A stretch of DNA of 64,000 nucleotides from a virus (IMGVR_UViG_3300028797_000169:1286-65285), one strand, 5' to 3'; shown: positions 16,126 through 26,153, counted from the first letter of the stretch. The notes: generated by a model from the letters alone, not told the origin. Made by a program: numbers and translations.

Positions 16126-17442
16126 ATGTCGGAAGAAAGAAATATTAATCTTACTCAATGTATTATTAAGAGGTTTAGGGACGTGTGCTATGACATTATG
16201 ACGCATAAACACGTTCACTATGTATTCCCAGGAGGACGTGGTAGTACAAAATCATCTTTCATTAGTATAATGATTGTGCTATTGATAATGCACTTTCCTA
16301 ATATTCACGCCTGTTGCTTTAGAAAAGTAGGAAATACGATACAGAACTCAATTAGGGCGCAAATAGAGTGGGCGATATATAAACTAGGCGTACAAGATTT
16401 ATTCTCAATACCTAAAACATATAGTAACCCGATTATGTATAGGCCTACAGGACAATGTATATACTTTTTAGGGCTCGACAATCCGCAAAAGATTAAATCT
16501 ATCAAACCTACTTTTGGATATATCGGAATTACGTGGTTTGAAGAGTTAGACCAATTTGCAGGTGAAAATGAGTTAAGAACAGTAACACAATCTACAATGC
16601 GTGGCGGCGACACGTTCTGGGATTTTCGTTCTTTTAACCCGCCAATATCGAAAAATAATTGGGCTAATACATACGCAGATAAGATGGAAATGCGTAATGG
16701 AAATACTGTGGTTATTCGTAATACTTATTTAGATGTGCCTGCTATATGGCTCGGACAGCCTTTCTTTGATGAGGCTAACGAACTTAAGGAGATTAATCCT
16801 AGAGCATATGAACACGAATATATGGGCGTTGCAACAGGTACAGGTGGTGATGTGTTTGCTAATGCCTGTGATTTGGATATGTCACAGTTAGTACCTGTGG
16901 AACCTTATCAAGAAGGAAATCAGATTATACGAGAGAAGCCTATGTGGCAGACATTCGATAAAATCTATAACGGCATTGACTGGGGTTTTGCCAGAGACCC
17001 ATTCAGGTTTGTTCGTATGCACTTCGACCCTAAACATTTGGACTTATATATCTTTGATGAAATGACTGCGTATAAGACAAGAAACCAAGATAACTTCAAT
17101 AGATTATATGAGGAGGAGCATAAGTTGGATTATAGCGAGTTAGTAACTGCGGACTCGGCAGAAGAAAAATCAGTAGCAGACTTTAGAGCCTATGGCGCAT
17201 TTATAAGAGGCGCAAAGAAGGGACCCGATAGTGTTAGATACGGTATTAAGTGGTTACAAGGTCTTAGACATATTTATATAGACAAAAGGCGTTGCCCTGA
17301 AACATATTATGAGTTTATTAATTATGAATATGAACGTGACCGCGATGGAAACTTTATAAGCGCCTATCCTGACAAAGACAACCACAGTATTGACGCTGTG
17401 CGTTATGCTATGGAAACATATTGCAATAGAAGAGGAAACTAA
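16126..17442 (+). CDS. terL: Terminase large subunit (PBSX/SPP1-like)
   Basis: GGRGSTKS Walker A, WFEE Walker B, SFNPP, GIDWGF, NHSIDAVRYA. Confidence 0.95.
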   Translation: MSEERNINLTQCIIKRFRDVCYDIMTHKHVHYVFPGGRGSTKSSFISIMIVLLIMHFPNIHACCFRKVGNTIQNSIRAQIEWAIYKLGVQDLFSIPKTYSNPIMYRPTGQCIYFLGLDNPQKIKSIKPTFGYIGITWFEELDQFAGENELRTVTQSTMRGGDTFWDFRSFNPPISKNNWANTYADKMEMRNGNTVVIRNTYLDVPAIWLGQPFFDEANELKEINPRAYEHEYMGVATGTGGDVFANACDLDMSQLVPVEPYQEGNQIIREKPMWQTFDKIYNGIDWGFARDPFRFVRMHFDPKHLDLYIFDEMTAYKTRNQDNFNRLYEEEHKLDYSELVTADSAEEKSVADFRAYGAFIRGAKKGPDSVRYGIKWLQGLRHIYIDKRRCPETYYEFINYEYERDRDGNFISAYPDKDNHSIDAVRYAMETYCNRRGN

Positions 17443-17472
17443 TTGCGTTAAGGTTAAATATCGTGATATAAT
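17443..17472 (+). promoter_or_regulatory. Internal sigma-A promoter
   Basis: TTGCGT-18-TATAAT, TG upstream of the -10. Confidence 0.5.
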
Positions 17473-17512
17473 AATAGTAGTAGGATATTTTATAACAAGG
17501 AGGTTAAAATAT

Positions 17513-17728
17513 ATGATTAAAGTAACAGAAATCAAGCAAGGTCCCGGTACTAAGGCAGATGTAACTTTATTTGCCGACACAAAAGAGGAAATCACCTCTG
17601 GAATGGTTGTTATAGGACTTCCTGAAGGAATTGAGCCTGCTTTTGGTAGTTCTGTTATCACCGCAGATGGCGATATTGCTTTCTTAAAGAGTGACGGAAC
17701 TTGGAACTGGATTGGCGGTGAGGCTTAA
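17513..17728 (+). CDS. Small hypothetical (possibly virion-associated) protein
   Basis: RBS AAGGAGG, ATG 17513, coupled to the next gene. Confidence 0.7.
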   Translation: MIKVTEIKQGPGTKADVTLFADTKEEITSGMVVIGLPEGIEPAFGSSVITADGDIAFLKSDGTWNWIGGEA

Positions 17729-18615
17729 TGGATAGTAAAGACATTAAAGCCTTAGTAATGGCTAAGAAGATTGCGGGCGGTTCAGGTGGCGGCACATATC
17801 AAGAAAAAGCAATTACTCCTGATTTTTCTGGTGCGGATAGTGTTGTTGTTCGTTCAGATAGTGGGTATGACGCACTTTCTTCGGTAACAATTAACAAGCA
17901 CGAAAATTTGGTTGCAGGTAATATAAAGAACGGAGTAACTATTAACGGTGTATCAGGCAGTTTTGCAGGTGAGTCAGTTAAGGCTACACTTGTTGGTTCA
18001 ATAGAAGGAACTCTTGCGACAGCCCTTAATAATCAATCCATTCAAATAACAGAGGCTGGAACATATTTATTGTTAATGTTAGCCACGAGTTACAATGCGA
18101 TAAATCCATCATCTACTAATTTTGTGCTTGTAAGCGGGATTACTCCCTTACGGGGTAACAGAACACAATGGGCGGAGGCAATTGTTTATTCTTTTGGTTC
18201 TGAGGATGTGCCGATAAATATACAAGCCGCAAGGTTTCCAGGCGGTCAACTGCCAGCAGTAATGATGGTGTTTAAGTTGGATTTGCCGTTTACTCCTTCA
18301 GCCACAGTTTACGCGGCAAGTGATGGTTCCTCTGATAGTTTTTTGTATAACACATTACCGACTAATCCAAATATTGAAGCACTGGCAGTTTTTTGTGCGG
18401 CAACGGCTAATACTAGTAGTGCCACATTAATATCTAATATGTCATACAACAGGGACGCTCAAAATAAAAACCTTAGTAGCGCGACAATACTTGAAGGTCG
18501 TACAGCGCAAAATCACGGGTATTATAGTGTTCGTATAGGTAAGTTGGGTGACTTGGCTAACATTTCTTATAAAGCCGCAAACAATTTGCCCATGGGATTA
18601 TTCATATTTAGTTAA
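17728..18615 (+). CDS. Fibre/spike-like structural protein
   Basis: GGSGGG linker; QEKAITP...DSGYDALSSVTI...NLVAGNIKNGVTINGVSG motif recalled from phage fibre proteins. Confidence 0.55.
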   Translation: MDSKDIKALVMAKKIAGGSGGGTYQEKAITPDFSGADSVVVRSDSGYDALSSVTINKHENLVAGNIKNGVTINGVSGSFAGESVKATLVGSIEGTLATALNNQSIQITEAGTYLLLMLATSYNAINPSSTNFVLVSGITPLRGNRTQWAEAIVYSFGSEDVPINIQAARFPGGQLPAVMMVFKLDLPFTPSATVYAASDGSSDSFLYNTLPTNPNIEALAVFCAATANTSSATLISNMSYNRDAQNKNLSSATILEGRTAQNHGYYSVRIGKLGDLANISYKAANNLPMGLFIFS

Positions 18616-18654
18616 AGCACTTGACCTCATCTACATATATGATAAACTTCAAGT

Positions 18655-19272
18655 ATGAGTGAGTTTTTAAATCTAAGTGACGCATTATTCGAAGGTGTGG
18701 GCGAGTATCGAATACCAAAGATACTCCCCACAACCGAGTTGTTCATCAAAGACTGGATTCAGTTCAATTATGTAGCAACAACGAAGAAACATAGAGAGGT
18801 AACAGGCGTACAGTTCTTCTTATATGACCATCAATTTGAAAGAGTATGGAACTATCCGAAAAGGTACGCAGACAGATTAAAAGAATTTGGCGCAGTTTTG
18901 AGTCCAGATTTTAGTATGTATCTGGACTTCCCAAAGGCCGTCCAGGTCTTTCAACACTATAGGAGACATTGGTGCGGTGCGTTTTGGCAAATGAATGGCG
19001 TAACAGTAATACCTACAATAAGGTGGGCATTTAAAGATAGTTATGAGTGGTGTTTTGATGGAGAGCCTGAAGGCGGCATAGTAGCCGTGTCTAACGTGGG
19101 CGCTATGGATAATAAGGAATTAAGAGCATTGTTTAAGGAAGGGTATAATGAAATGCTCACGAGATTGCAACCAAAAGAAGTATTATTCTTTGGACATATA
19201 TTTGACGATTATAAAGGACCAGTGCATTACATAAAATATCAACAAGAGAAAGGACCTCAAGGTGAAGAATAA
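18655..19272 (+). CDS. DUF4417 family protein
   Basis: QFFLYDHQFERVWNYP, VLSPDFSMYLDFP, WCGAFWQMNGVTVIPTIRW, CFDGEPEGGIVAVS; putative promoter TTGACC-16-TAAACT at 18621-18648. Confidence 0.85.
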   Translation: MSEFLNLSDALFEGVGEYRIPKILPTTELFIKDWIQFNYVATTKKHREVTGVQFFLYDHQFERVWNYPKRYADRLKEFGAVLSPDFSMYLDFPKAVQVFQHYRRHWCGAFWQMNGVTVIPTIRWAFKDSYEWCFDGEPEGGIVAVSNVGAMDNKELRALFKEGYNEMLTRLQPKEVLFFGHIFDDYKGPVHYIKYQQEKGPQGEE

Positions 19273-19592
19273 TGGGTGGTAGTTCATATAGTAAAAAAGT
19301 AACAACTAAAGAAGAAGAACCAACAATCAGAAATAAGAAAATGCCTCCTTTCAAAAATGGTGTTTTGACTGCTCAGATGGTTCAGACAGATTTGGATAAC
19401 AATGTTAACAACTTCTCTAAAAACGCTAATGCAAGCGCAGATGAGGTCGCTAAGACCGTTGCAAAGGATTTTAGAGGATTTTATGATGATAGTAAATTTA
19501 GAGCGGCTGGTAACGCCGTAAGGTATGAGGACTCTATTATACAAGTATTAAAAGACAAAAGCGGTCAATGGAAGGCTAGGAAGATTAAGTAA
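19272..19592 (+). CDS. Small basic protein starting MGGS, coupled to DUF4417
   Basis: 106 aa; TAA/ATG overlap. Confidence 0.7.
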   Translation: MGGSSYSKKVTTKEEEPTIRNKKMPPFKNGVLTAQMVQTDLDNNVNNFSKNANASADEVAKTVAKDFRGFYDDSKFRAAGNAVRYEDSIIQVLKDKSGQWKARKIK

Positions 19593-19604
19593 GAGGTGAC
19601 CTAA

Positions 19605-21371
19605 ATGTCTATATGGAGCACTATTTCAAATAAGATAAAGGAGATAGTTAACAAAATGATTGGTAAGCAAACTATTGAAAAGGAATTGCACATTGTTCCT
19701 GCAGTCTCCGATAAAATGATGAAGGCAATAGACGAGTGGACAGAGTTATATGAAGGACGTGCTCCGTGGTTGCACGAGCCCAGTGAGTCAGACCCTTTAT
19801 CTGTTCGTTCTTTAGGACTTCCACAGTTCATTGCTAGCGAAAAGGCTAGGATAGCACTTTTGGAATTTAAGTCTGAAATCACTACTCCTGTAAAAGAGGC
19901 TGAACCTGTAACCCCTAATTATATGAACCCTAACAATATAGGAACAGATGGTGCTCCTGAACCCGTAACATCAACACACGTTGTGGCCGATACTAAACCA
20001 GAAGGCTCTACAAAACGTGCAGATTATCTTAATATGCAATATAGTGCATTGAAGGATGATTTACAGACACAGATAGAGTACGGAATTGCTAAGGGTGGTC
20101 TTGTAATTAAACCCTACATTGTAAAGCATGATAGTATAGCAAGTGTTCCCGTAAATGCCAATACTAATATGCTTAGTGGTGGGGAAGTTCCGCAAAGTGA
20201 ATATGAAATTTGTTTTGACTATGTTCAGGCTAACGAATTTTTCCCGTTATCATTTAATGGTAGCGGTAAAATGACTGAGGCCGCATTTGTTGAGCGCAAG
20301 GTAGATAAAGATATAGTATATACGCGGTTAGAATACCATAAGTTAGTGGATACAACAGTAACCGTTATCAATAAGGCTTATAAATCAAGCACAACGTCTT
20401 ACAATGCTACTGACTTGGGACAGCAGATAGCACTTTCTTCCGTTCCTGAGTGGGCTAATCTTGAGGAAGAAACAAAGATAGAACACGTTAACAGGCTTAT
20501 GTTTGCATACTTTAAAATGCCTGAGGCTAATACTATTGATAGTCATTCTCCTCTTGGTGTTAGTGGTTTTGATAAGGCTATTGATTTAATCAGGGATGCA
20601 GACGAGCAGTATTCCAGAATGTTATGGGAGTTTGAGGGCGGCGAACTTGCTATTGATATTGATAGACAAGCACTTAGGTTCTTGGAGGATCCTAAAGACC
20701 CTAATCACGGACATTCTGTTATGTCAAGAGGACAGCAGAGACTTTATCGTAAGGTAGATTTAAACGAGGAGAATACTTACAACGTGTTTTCTCCCAATCT
20801 TCGTGACCAATCTCTTATTAACGGGCTTAATACTATTCTTACAAAGATTGAGGATATTTGTGGTCTTTCAAGAGGCTCTATTGCTAACATAGTTTCAACA
20901 GAGGCTAAAACGGCTACGGAGTTAAAGATTATTAAGCAAAGGTCTTATCAGACAAATGCAAGGATACAAAAAGCCATCGAGAGCGCACTCAAGGACACAG
21001 TTTATGTAATGAACGCTCTTTGTGATTTATATGAAATTACACCTGCTGGCAAATATAATGTATCGTTTGAATGGGACGATAGTATTATTACAGATAAGAA
21101 TATAGAACTTCAAAATCGTATCCTTTGCATTCAAAATGGTATTGATAGTAAACTTGAAACAAGAATGTGGATGCACGGAGAGACTAAGCAACAGGCAGTT
21201 GAGGCACTTAAAGTCGTTCAACAGGAAAATGTGCAGGCAGTTGAAGATAATATTGCCAATATGCAACTTATGGGCGAAACACCTGACTCCAAGAAGAAAG
21301 AGAGCCCTAAAAATGAAGAAGGCGGAAATAATTTTAAGAGTGGGGATAATCAATATAGCGAGGCTAAATAA
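19605..21371 (+). CDS. Portal protein (A118/SPP1-like)
   Basis: IASEKARIAL, YGIAKGGLVIKPY, YTRLEYH, SPLGVS, WEFEGGE, GLSRGS, TATE motifs. Confidence 0.9.
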   Translation: MSIWSTISNKIKEIVNKMIGKQTIEKELHIVPAVSDKMMKAIDEWTELYEGRAPWLHEPSESDPLSVRSLGLPQFIASEKARIALLEFKSEITTPVKEAEPVTPNYMNPNNIGTDGAPEPVTSTHVVADTKPEGSTKRADYLNMQYSALKDDLQTQIEYGIAKGGLVIKPYIVKHDSIASVPVNANTNMLSGGEVPQSEYEICFDYVQANEFFPLSFNGSGKMTEAAFVERKVDKDIVYTRLEYHKLVDTTVTVINKAYKSSTTSYNATDLGQQIALSSVPEWANLEEETKIEHVNRLMFAYFKMPEANTIDSHSPLGVSGFDKAIDLIRDADEQYSRMLWEFEGGELAIDIDRQALRFLEDPKDPNHGHSVMSRGQQRLYRKVDLNEENTYNVFSPNLRDQSLINGLNTILTKIEDICGLSRGSIANIVSTEAKTATELKIIKQRSYQTNARIQKAIESALKDTVYVMNALCDLYEITPAGKYNVSFEWDDSIITDKNIELQNRILCIQNGIDSKLETRMWMHGETKQQAVEALKVVQQENVQAVEDNIANMQLMGETPDSKKKESPKNEEGGNNFKSGDNQYSEAK

Positions 21372-22522
21372 TGCTTACTGAGGTAGATATTGAAAATTAT
21401 CTGTTTAAATATTCTAAGCGCCATGATGATTTCGTTCAAGGCATAGGAGAAATTTTGGCGACTAAGATAAAACATATTACGGGTATACGGTCTGCGAATA
21501 CTCCTTTTACGTTGCTTGAAACGTTTAAAACGGAACAAGATTTAAACAAGATAAGAAACCTTCAAGTACAGATGGTTACAACACAAGTATCTGAACTAGG
21601 TAAAGACCTGTCCCAAATCTCATATATTGTTTTTGCTGATTCCAGAAAAAATATTGGTGAAGAACTTTATGTAATGCCCCAAAGTGTAAAGACGGAGATT
21701 GAAAAAGAGAAGTTAGCATTATTGGCGTTAATTAATAGGCCAGTGTTTGTTATGAACAATAAAAACTATACTCCAACGGGCATTTATAATGTACTAACTA
21801 ATGAAGTGTTTATGACACACGATATGAGTGGTATCAAGTCTGTAAGGAACGCTCTAAATCGCTTTGTAAACGCGAGGAGTATGTTTGAGTATAAAGACAC
21901 AGAAACTAATGAAAATCGCGTTATAAGTGCTATAAACACGCTTAGATTAAGTGTATTATCTAGCATTAAGAATATTATTGAAAAAACTACAAATTTTATT
22001 ACAAAGAAGTTTAAATCTGATGGTGTGGAGTTGTCTGCGCATATTTGCCCTGCTCCCGACCATGCACCCGTGCAAGGCAAACAATTTTCTAACGAGGAGT
22101 TTGAAAAAATGCAAAGTGGTGCAAGTTTTACAGATGTTAGAGGAAACGTGTATGCGGGTTTTGAACGTCCAATAATGGCTTGGAATTGTAAGCACTACAT
22201 TAAGCCCATAAAGATTGGTAAAGATAAGCCTGAACATAGCGACTATGAACTTAATAAAATATTGGAAGATAATGAAAGAGGCTATACAACTTCTGATGGA
22301 AGACATTATACCTTATACGAATGTACCCAAATACAAAGAGGGTATGAACGTAAAATAAGAGAAAATAAGGAAAAAAGTATATTAGCCAAAATATGTAAAG
22401 ACACTACAAAAGAAAATGAGTATAAGGGAAAGGTTCGTGACTATTCCAGACAATACAAAGCATTTAGTAATGCTTGTAAGTTACCAATTATGTATGAACG
22501 AATAAAGGTTGATGGCTATTGA
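21371..22522 (+). CDS. Minor capsid protein (MuF / Phage_min_cap2-like)
   Basis: ELSAHICPAPDHAPVQGKQF, WNCKH, TQIQRGYERKIRENK; follows the portal gene. Confidence 0.85.
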   Translation: MLTEVDIENYLFKYSKRHDDFVQGIGEILATKIKHITGIRSANTPFTLLETFKTEQDLNKIRNLQVQMVTTQVSELGKDLSQISYIVFADSRKNIGEELYVMPQSVKTEIEKEKLALLALINRPVFVMNNKNYTPTGIYNVLTNEVFMTHDMSGIKSVRNALNRFVNARSMFEYKDTETNENRVISAINTLRLSVLSSIKNIIEKTTNFITKKFKSDGVELSAHICPAPDHAPVQGKQFSNEEFEKMQSGASFTDVRGNVYAGFERPIMAWNCKHYIKPIKIGKDKPEHSDYELNKILEDNERGYTTSDGRHYTLYECTQIQRGYERKIRENKEKSILAKICKDTTKENEYKGKVRDYSRQYKAFSNACKLPIMYERIKVDGY

Positions 22523-22579
22523 TTGTTGTTACATAATATTATATAATCAAGTCAAGAAAAGGATTAGGAGAGTAAAACT

Positions 22580-22834
22580 ATGGAACCGGGCGTCGTTGTA
22601 GCAATTATAAGCGGTATTGCGTCAATTACCGCAACTGTATTAACAATCTTGGGAAGCAACAAAAGGACTCAAAATATGTTGCAGATAAATCAAGCCGTTA
22701 CAGAAACCCGACTAGATAGTTTAACCGACGAGGTTAAGAAACATAATAACTTCGCAGAAAGGATACCGAAGTTAGAACAAAAAATAGAATATCTTGAGAA
22801 AGATGTGGCAGACTTACGAGGAGGTAAAAGATGA
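22580..22834 (+). CDS. Membrane-anchored coiled-coil protein (holin/antiholin-like)
   Basis: N-terminal TM VVVAIISGIASITATVLTIL, then EVKKHNNFAERIP. Confidence 0.55.
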   Translation: MEPGVVVAIISGIASITATVLTILGSNKRTQNMLQINQAVTETRLDSLTDEVKKHNNFAERIPKLEQKIEYLEKDVADLRGGKR

Positions 22835-23055
22835 CTTTAAGCGAATTTCTTTCCACATTAACTACAACAAACGTTACCGCAGTTATTAAAGATGTAACGT
22901 CAGGAACAGAACTTATCTCATTAAAGGTTAGCGGATATGCTAGTCTTGATAATGCGCTTGAGAGCAGGACAATCGCACAATGGAAGATTGTCGGAGCAAC
23001 GCAGATTGAGGTACTTCTTAACTCAACAGAGGAGGTATCAGATAATGTCGAATAA
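22831..23055 (+). CDS. Hypothetical protein
   Basis: 74 aa, coupled on both sides. Confidence 0.6.
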   Translation: MTLSEFLSTLTTTNVTAVIKDVTSGTELISLKVSGYASLDNALESRTIAQWKIVGATQIEVLLNSTEEVSDNVE

Positions 23056-23254
23056 GGCTTATGATATTCTCAAGTATGTGGTAACTATTTTTCTCCCTGC
23101 AATTACAACACTTTGGCTTACGTTAGCAAGTATATGGCACTTTCCGTATGCAGAACCTATCGGAGCAACTTTGGGAGCAATTACAGTATTTCTTGGCGCT
23201 CTTATTGGTATATCGAGCGCAAAATATAAGATTAACAACAGTTCTAAGAACTGA
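23045..23254 (+). CDS. Holin (Dp-1-like, two TM helices)
   Basis: MSNKAYDILKYVVTIFLPAITTLWLTLASIW...GAITVFLGALIGISSAKY. Confidence 0.85.
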   Translation: MSNKAYDILKYVVTIFLPAITTLWLTLASIWHFPYAEPIGATLGAITVFLGALIGISSAKYKINNSSKN

Positions 23255-23268
23255 GGTTATATAGTCTA

Positions 23269-23335
23269 GCCTAAGGACGTTTAAATAAGGCACATTCACC
23301 GCAGAACTGCTTATGCGGATTTATAAATTTAGCAG
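23269..23335 (+). promoter_or_regulatory. Two-hairpin cis-regulatory RNA upstream of the scaffold gene (GP20-motif-like)
   Basis: GCCT-AAGGACGTTTAAATA-AGGC and CTGCT-TATGCGGATTTATAAATTT-AGCAG, with similar loops. Confidence 0.5.
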
Positions 23336-23364
23336 ATATAATAGAATGTTTTGGAGGAACTTTT

Positions 23365-24027
23365 ATGAACATTAAAGACATTTTTGCTAAAGCAGAAAAC
23401 GGAACTTTGACTTTTGAACAGTTTGAGCAGATTGCTAAGGAAAGCGACGCAAAGTTTACAGACCTCTCCGAAGGTAAGTACGTATCAAAGTCCAAATATG
23501 AGGACGACATTAAGATTAAGGATACATCTATTGAGGAACTCAATAAAACCATCGCACAGAGGGATGTGGATTTAAAGGGCTTGAATGAACAACTTGCAAG
23601 TGCAGGAACCGACGCCACAAAATTATCTGAATTGCAAGGTAATTTTTCCTCACTTCAAAAGAAGTATGAGGATGACATCAAGACTTATCAAACTAAACTG
23701 GCTGACCAACAGTATGAGTTCGCGGTTAAGGAATTTGCTAACAGCAAGAAATTCACTTCTAATGCGGCTAAAAGGGACTTTATTAGTTCAATGCTTGGTG
23801 CAAAACTGACTTTTGACGATAAGCAAAGAATTGTAGGTGCAGAGGACTTTGTAAAGAATTATGGTGAGGATAATGCAGACGCATTTGTGGTTGAAAAGCC
23901 TGAAGAAACACCGCCTGCAGAGCCTAAGCCTCAGTTTGCAAAATCCACAACACCTAAGACACCATCAAGTGAAGGTAAAAGCCTCTTCAACTTTAGTTTT
24001 ACTCCAGTAAGAGGCGACAATAAGTAA
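23365..24027 (+). CDS. Capsid scaffolding protein (GP20-like)
   Basis: GKYVSKSKY, coiled coil, C-terminal PKPQFAKST; directly upstream of the major capsid gene. Confidence 0.8.
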   Translation: MNIKDIFAKAENGTLTFEQFEQIAKESDAKFTDLSEGKYVSKSKYEDDIKIKDTSIEELNKTIAQRDVDLKGLNEQLASAGTDATKLSELQGNFSSLQKKYEDDIKTYQTKLADQQYEFAVKEFANSKKFTSNAAKRDFISSMLGAKLTFDDKQRIVGAEDFVKNYGEDNADAFVVEKPEETPPAEPKPQFAKSTTPKTPSSEGKSLFNFSFTPVRGDNK

Positions 24028-24047
24028 ACGAAAGGACGGTAACTAAA

Positions 24048-25364
24048 ATGGCTACATTAAAGTATGCTACCGAATATTTAAGCGAACTGTCTCAATGGTT
24101 TCCTAGAGTATTGATGTTTGGTGACCTCTATGCTACACCGAACAACAATCGTTATCGTTGGACTGGTTCTAAGACAATCGAAATTCCTTCTATCAGTACA
24201 TCTGGCCGTACAAACGGCGACCGTGACTCTATCGGTACTGCACAGAGGAATTATGACAATGCGTGGGAGCCTAAGACCCTTGCTAGACACAGAAAGTGGT
24301 CTACTCTTGTTCACCCTAGAGATATTGACGAGACCAACTACGTTGCGGCCATTTCCAATATCACTCAGGTATTCAATGAGACACAGAAGTTCCCTGAAAT
24401 GGACTGCTACACGATTTCCAAGATTTATTCTGACTGGATATCTGTTGCAGGTGAAGATGGCAATCTCCACGTTGCTGATACGACTGTTCTCACAGTTGCT
24501 AACATCCTTGACGTATTTGACGCACTTATGCTCAAGATGGACAATGCAAGGGTTCCTGTAACAGGACGTATCCTCTATGTCACAAATGAAATCAATAAGT
24601 TACTCAAGAAGGCTGATGGTATTTCTCGTCAGATGGATATCACATCTGGTCCTAATGCTATCGACCGTAGAGTAAACAGACTTGACGAGGTTCAGGTTAA
24701 GCCTGTTCCTGCTGAGTTGATGAAGACCATTTATGACTTCACAGAGGGTTGGAAGCCGGGTATCGGTGCTGCCCAGATTAATATGTTCCTTGTTCACCCT
24801 ATCGCAGTTATCACTCCTATAACTTATGAGTTCGCAGACCTTTCTTCTCCGTCTGCTGTTACAGAAGGTAAGTATCTCTACTACGAGGAGTCTTTCGAGG
24901 ACGTATTCATCCTTAACAAGAAGTCTGACGCAATTCAGTTCAACATCACGGCTGCTGATGTTAGTCCTATTGCTCTTGGACCTGATGCACCTGACGCCAC
25001 ATATCCTTGGACAGACAAGAAGCCTGCTGACTTCCAGAGCAACATTGTTGTAACTGGCACAGACATTCAGGGTAATCTTGACTTTGTTGAGGGCGGTCTT
25101 TCTGCATCTGGACCTCTCGCAGGTGACGGCTACTTCTTAGCATTGAAGTTAACCGCAAGTGATTGGAGTGTATATGACTCCGTTAAGGTAGGTCTCAGTC
25201 CTTCTGCAGGCACAGGTCTTGTAGAGATTAAGGATGACCCTGACCATAACGTAGTTATGAAGGTTACACAACAGTACACGCAGGACTTCGTTATCCAGAC
25301 AACGATTAACGGTGTAACATCTTCGAGAATGTGGGCTCTTGACAGACTTAACTGCCGCGAGTGA
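24048..25364 (+). CDS. Major capsid protein with in-frame C-terminal extension
   Basis: YRWTGSKTIEIPSISTSG...NAWEPKTLARHRKWSTLVHPRDIDETN...QINMFLVHP...YYEESFEDVFILNKK, then an extra beta-rich domain. Confidence 0.9.
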   Translation: MATLKYATEYLSELSQWFPRVLMFGDLYATPNNNRYRWTGSKTIEIPSISTSGRTNGDRDSIGTAQRNYDNAWEPKTLARHRKWSTLVHPRDIDETNYVAAISNITQVFNETQKFPEMDCYTISKIYSDWISVAGEDGNLHVADTTVLTVANILDVFDALMLKMDNARVPVTGRILYVTNEINKLLKKADGISRQMDITSGPNAIDRRVNRLDEVQVKPVPAELMKTIYDFTEGWKPGIGAAQINMFLVHPIAVITPITYEFADLSSPSAVTEGKYLYYEESFEDVFILNKKSDAIQFNITAADVSPIALGPDAPDATYPWTDKKPADFQSNIVVTGTDIQGNLDFVEGGLSASGPLAGDGYFLALKLTASDWSVYDSVKVGLSPSAGTGLVEIKDDPDHNVVMKVTQQYTQDFVIQTTINGVTSSRMWALDRLNCRE

Positions 25365-25378
25365 CGAGGTAAATCAAT

Positions 25379-25714
25379 ATGGCAATAGTCAGAAGAAGTA
25401 ATGAAATCCTCAGAGTTAATGATACTTTGGTTGGACACTATCTGGATATTGGCTATGATGTTATCGACGAAACGGGCGCAGTCCTTCTTAGGGCTGTGCC
25501 CACAGATAACACTCAACTCAAAGCCGAGTTCAAGAAGTTATCTGAGGAAGTAACACAACTCAAGGACATTAACAACAGACTTAGGAAGCAACTTGCTGAG
25601 GCAGACGCAAAGATTAAGGAATTATCCTCTAAGAAAGAGCCTGCTAAAGAGAAAGTCGTCGAGAACGAGCCTGTTGTAGAAAAGCCGAAGAGGCGTAGAA
25701 AGTCTGACGATTAA
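25379..25714 (+). CDS. Hypothetical head-region protein
   Basis: 111 aa, coiled coil and basic tail; follows the MCP gene. Confidence 0.6.
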   Translation: MAIVRRSNEILRVNDTLVGHYLDIGYDVIDETGAVLLRAVPTDNTQLKAEFKKLSEEVTQLKDINNRLRKQLAEADAKIKELSSKKEPAKEKVVENEPVVEKPKRRRKSDD

Positions 25715-25733
25715 AGCGAAAGGTGGGAAATCT

Positions 25734-26153
25734 ATGTATTTAACATATGAAGAATATCGGAGTATGGGTGGAGATTTAGACGAACCCACCTTTAACTTTT
25801 ATCGCTATGATGTGGAATGTTATATAGATTGGTATACGTTTGACAGACTTCACGGTGAAACAGAAATACCTGACAGAGTAAAACAATGTGTATTCTATCT
25901 CATTAAGTTGGCACAGACAAAAGCAGGCTTAGTTTTCCCTAGTGCAAACGGTGAAAGCAGTGGAGGGATTAATGCCAAGATGGAGTCACAGTCCAATGAT
26001 GGCGTTACAATTACTTATAGCACTTTGCACGGAGATATGTTATATACTAATAGTAAGAAAGAGATGGACGAGGCCGTAAAACGTTATCTTAACGGTGTTA
26101 CGAACAGTTTAGGTAGGAAGTTATTGTATAGAGGTTTATATCCAGGTGAGTAA
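25734..26153 (+). CDS. Head-tail connector (adaptor)
   Basis: MYLTYEEYRSMGG...IDWYTFDR...SQSNDGVTITYS...LLYRGL. Confidence 0.8.
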   Translation: MYLTYEEYRSMGGDLDEPTFNFYRYDVECYIDWYTFDRLHGETEIPDRVKQCVFYLIKLAQTKAGLVFPSANGESSGGINAKMESQSNDGVTITYSTLHGDMLYTNSKKEMDEAVKRYLNGVTNSLGRKLLYRGLYPGE

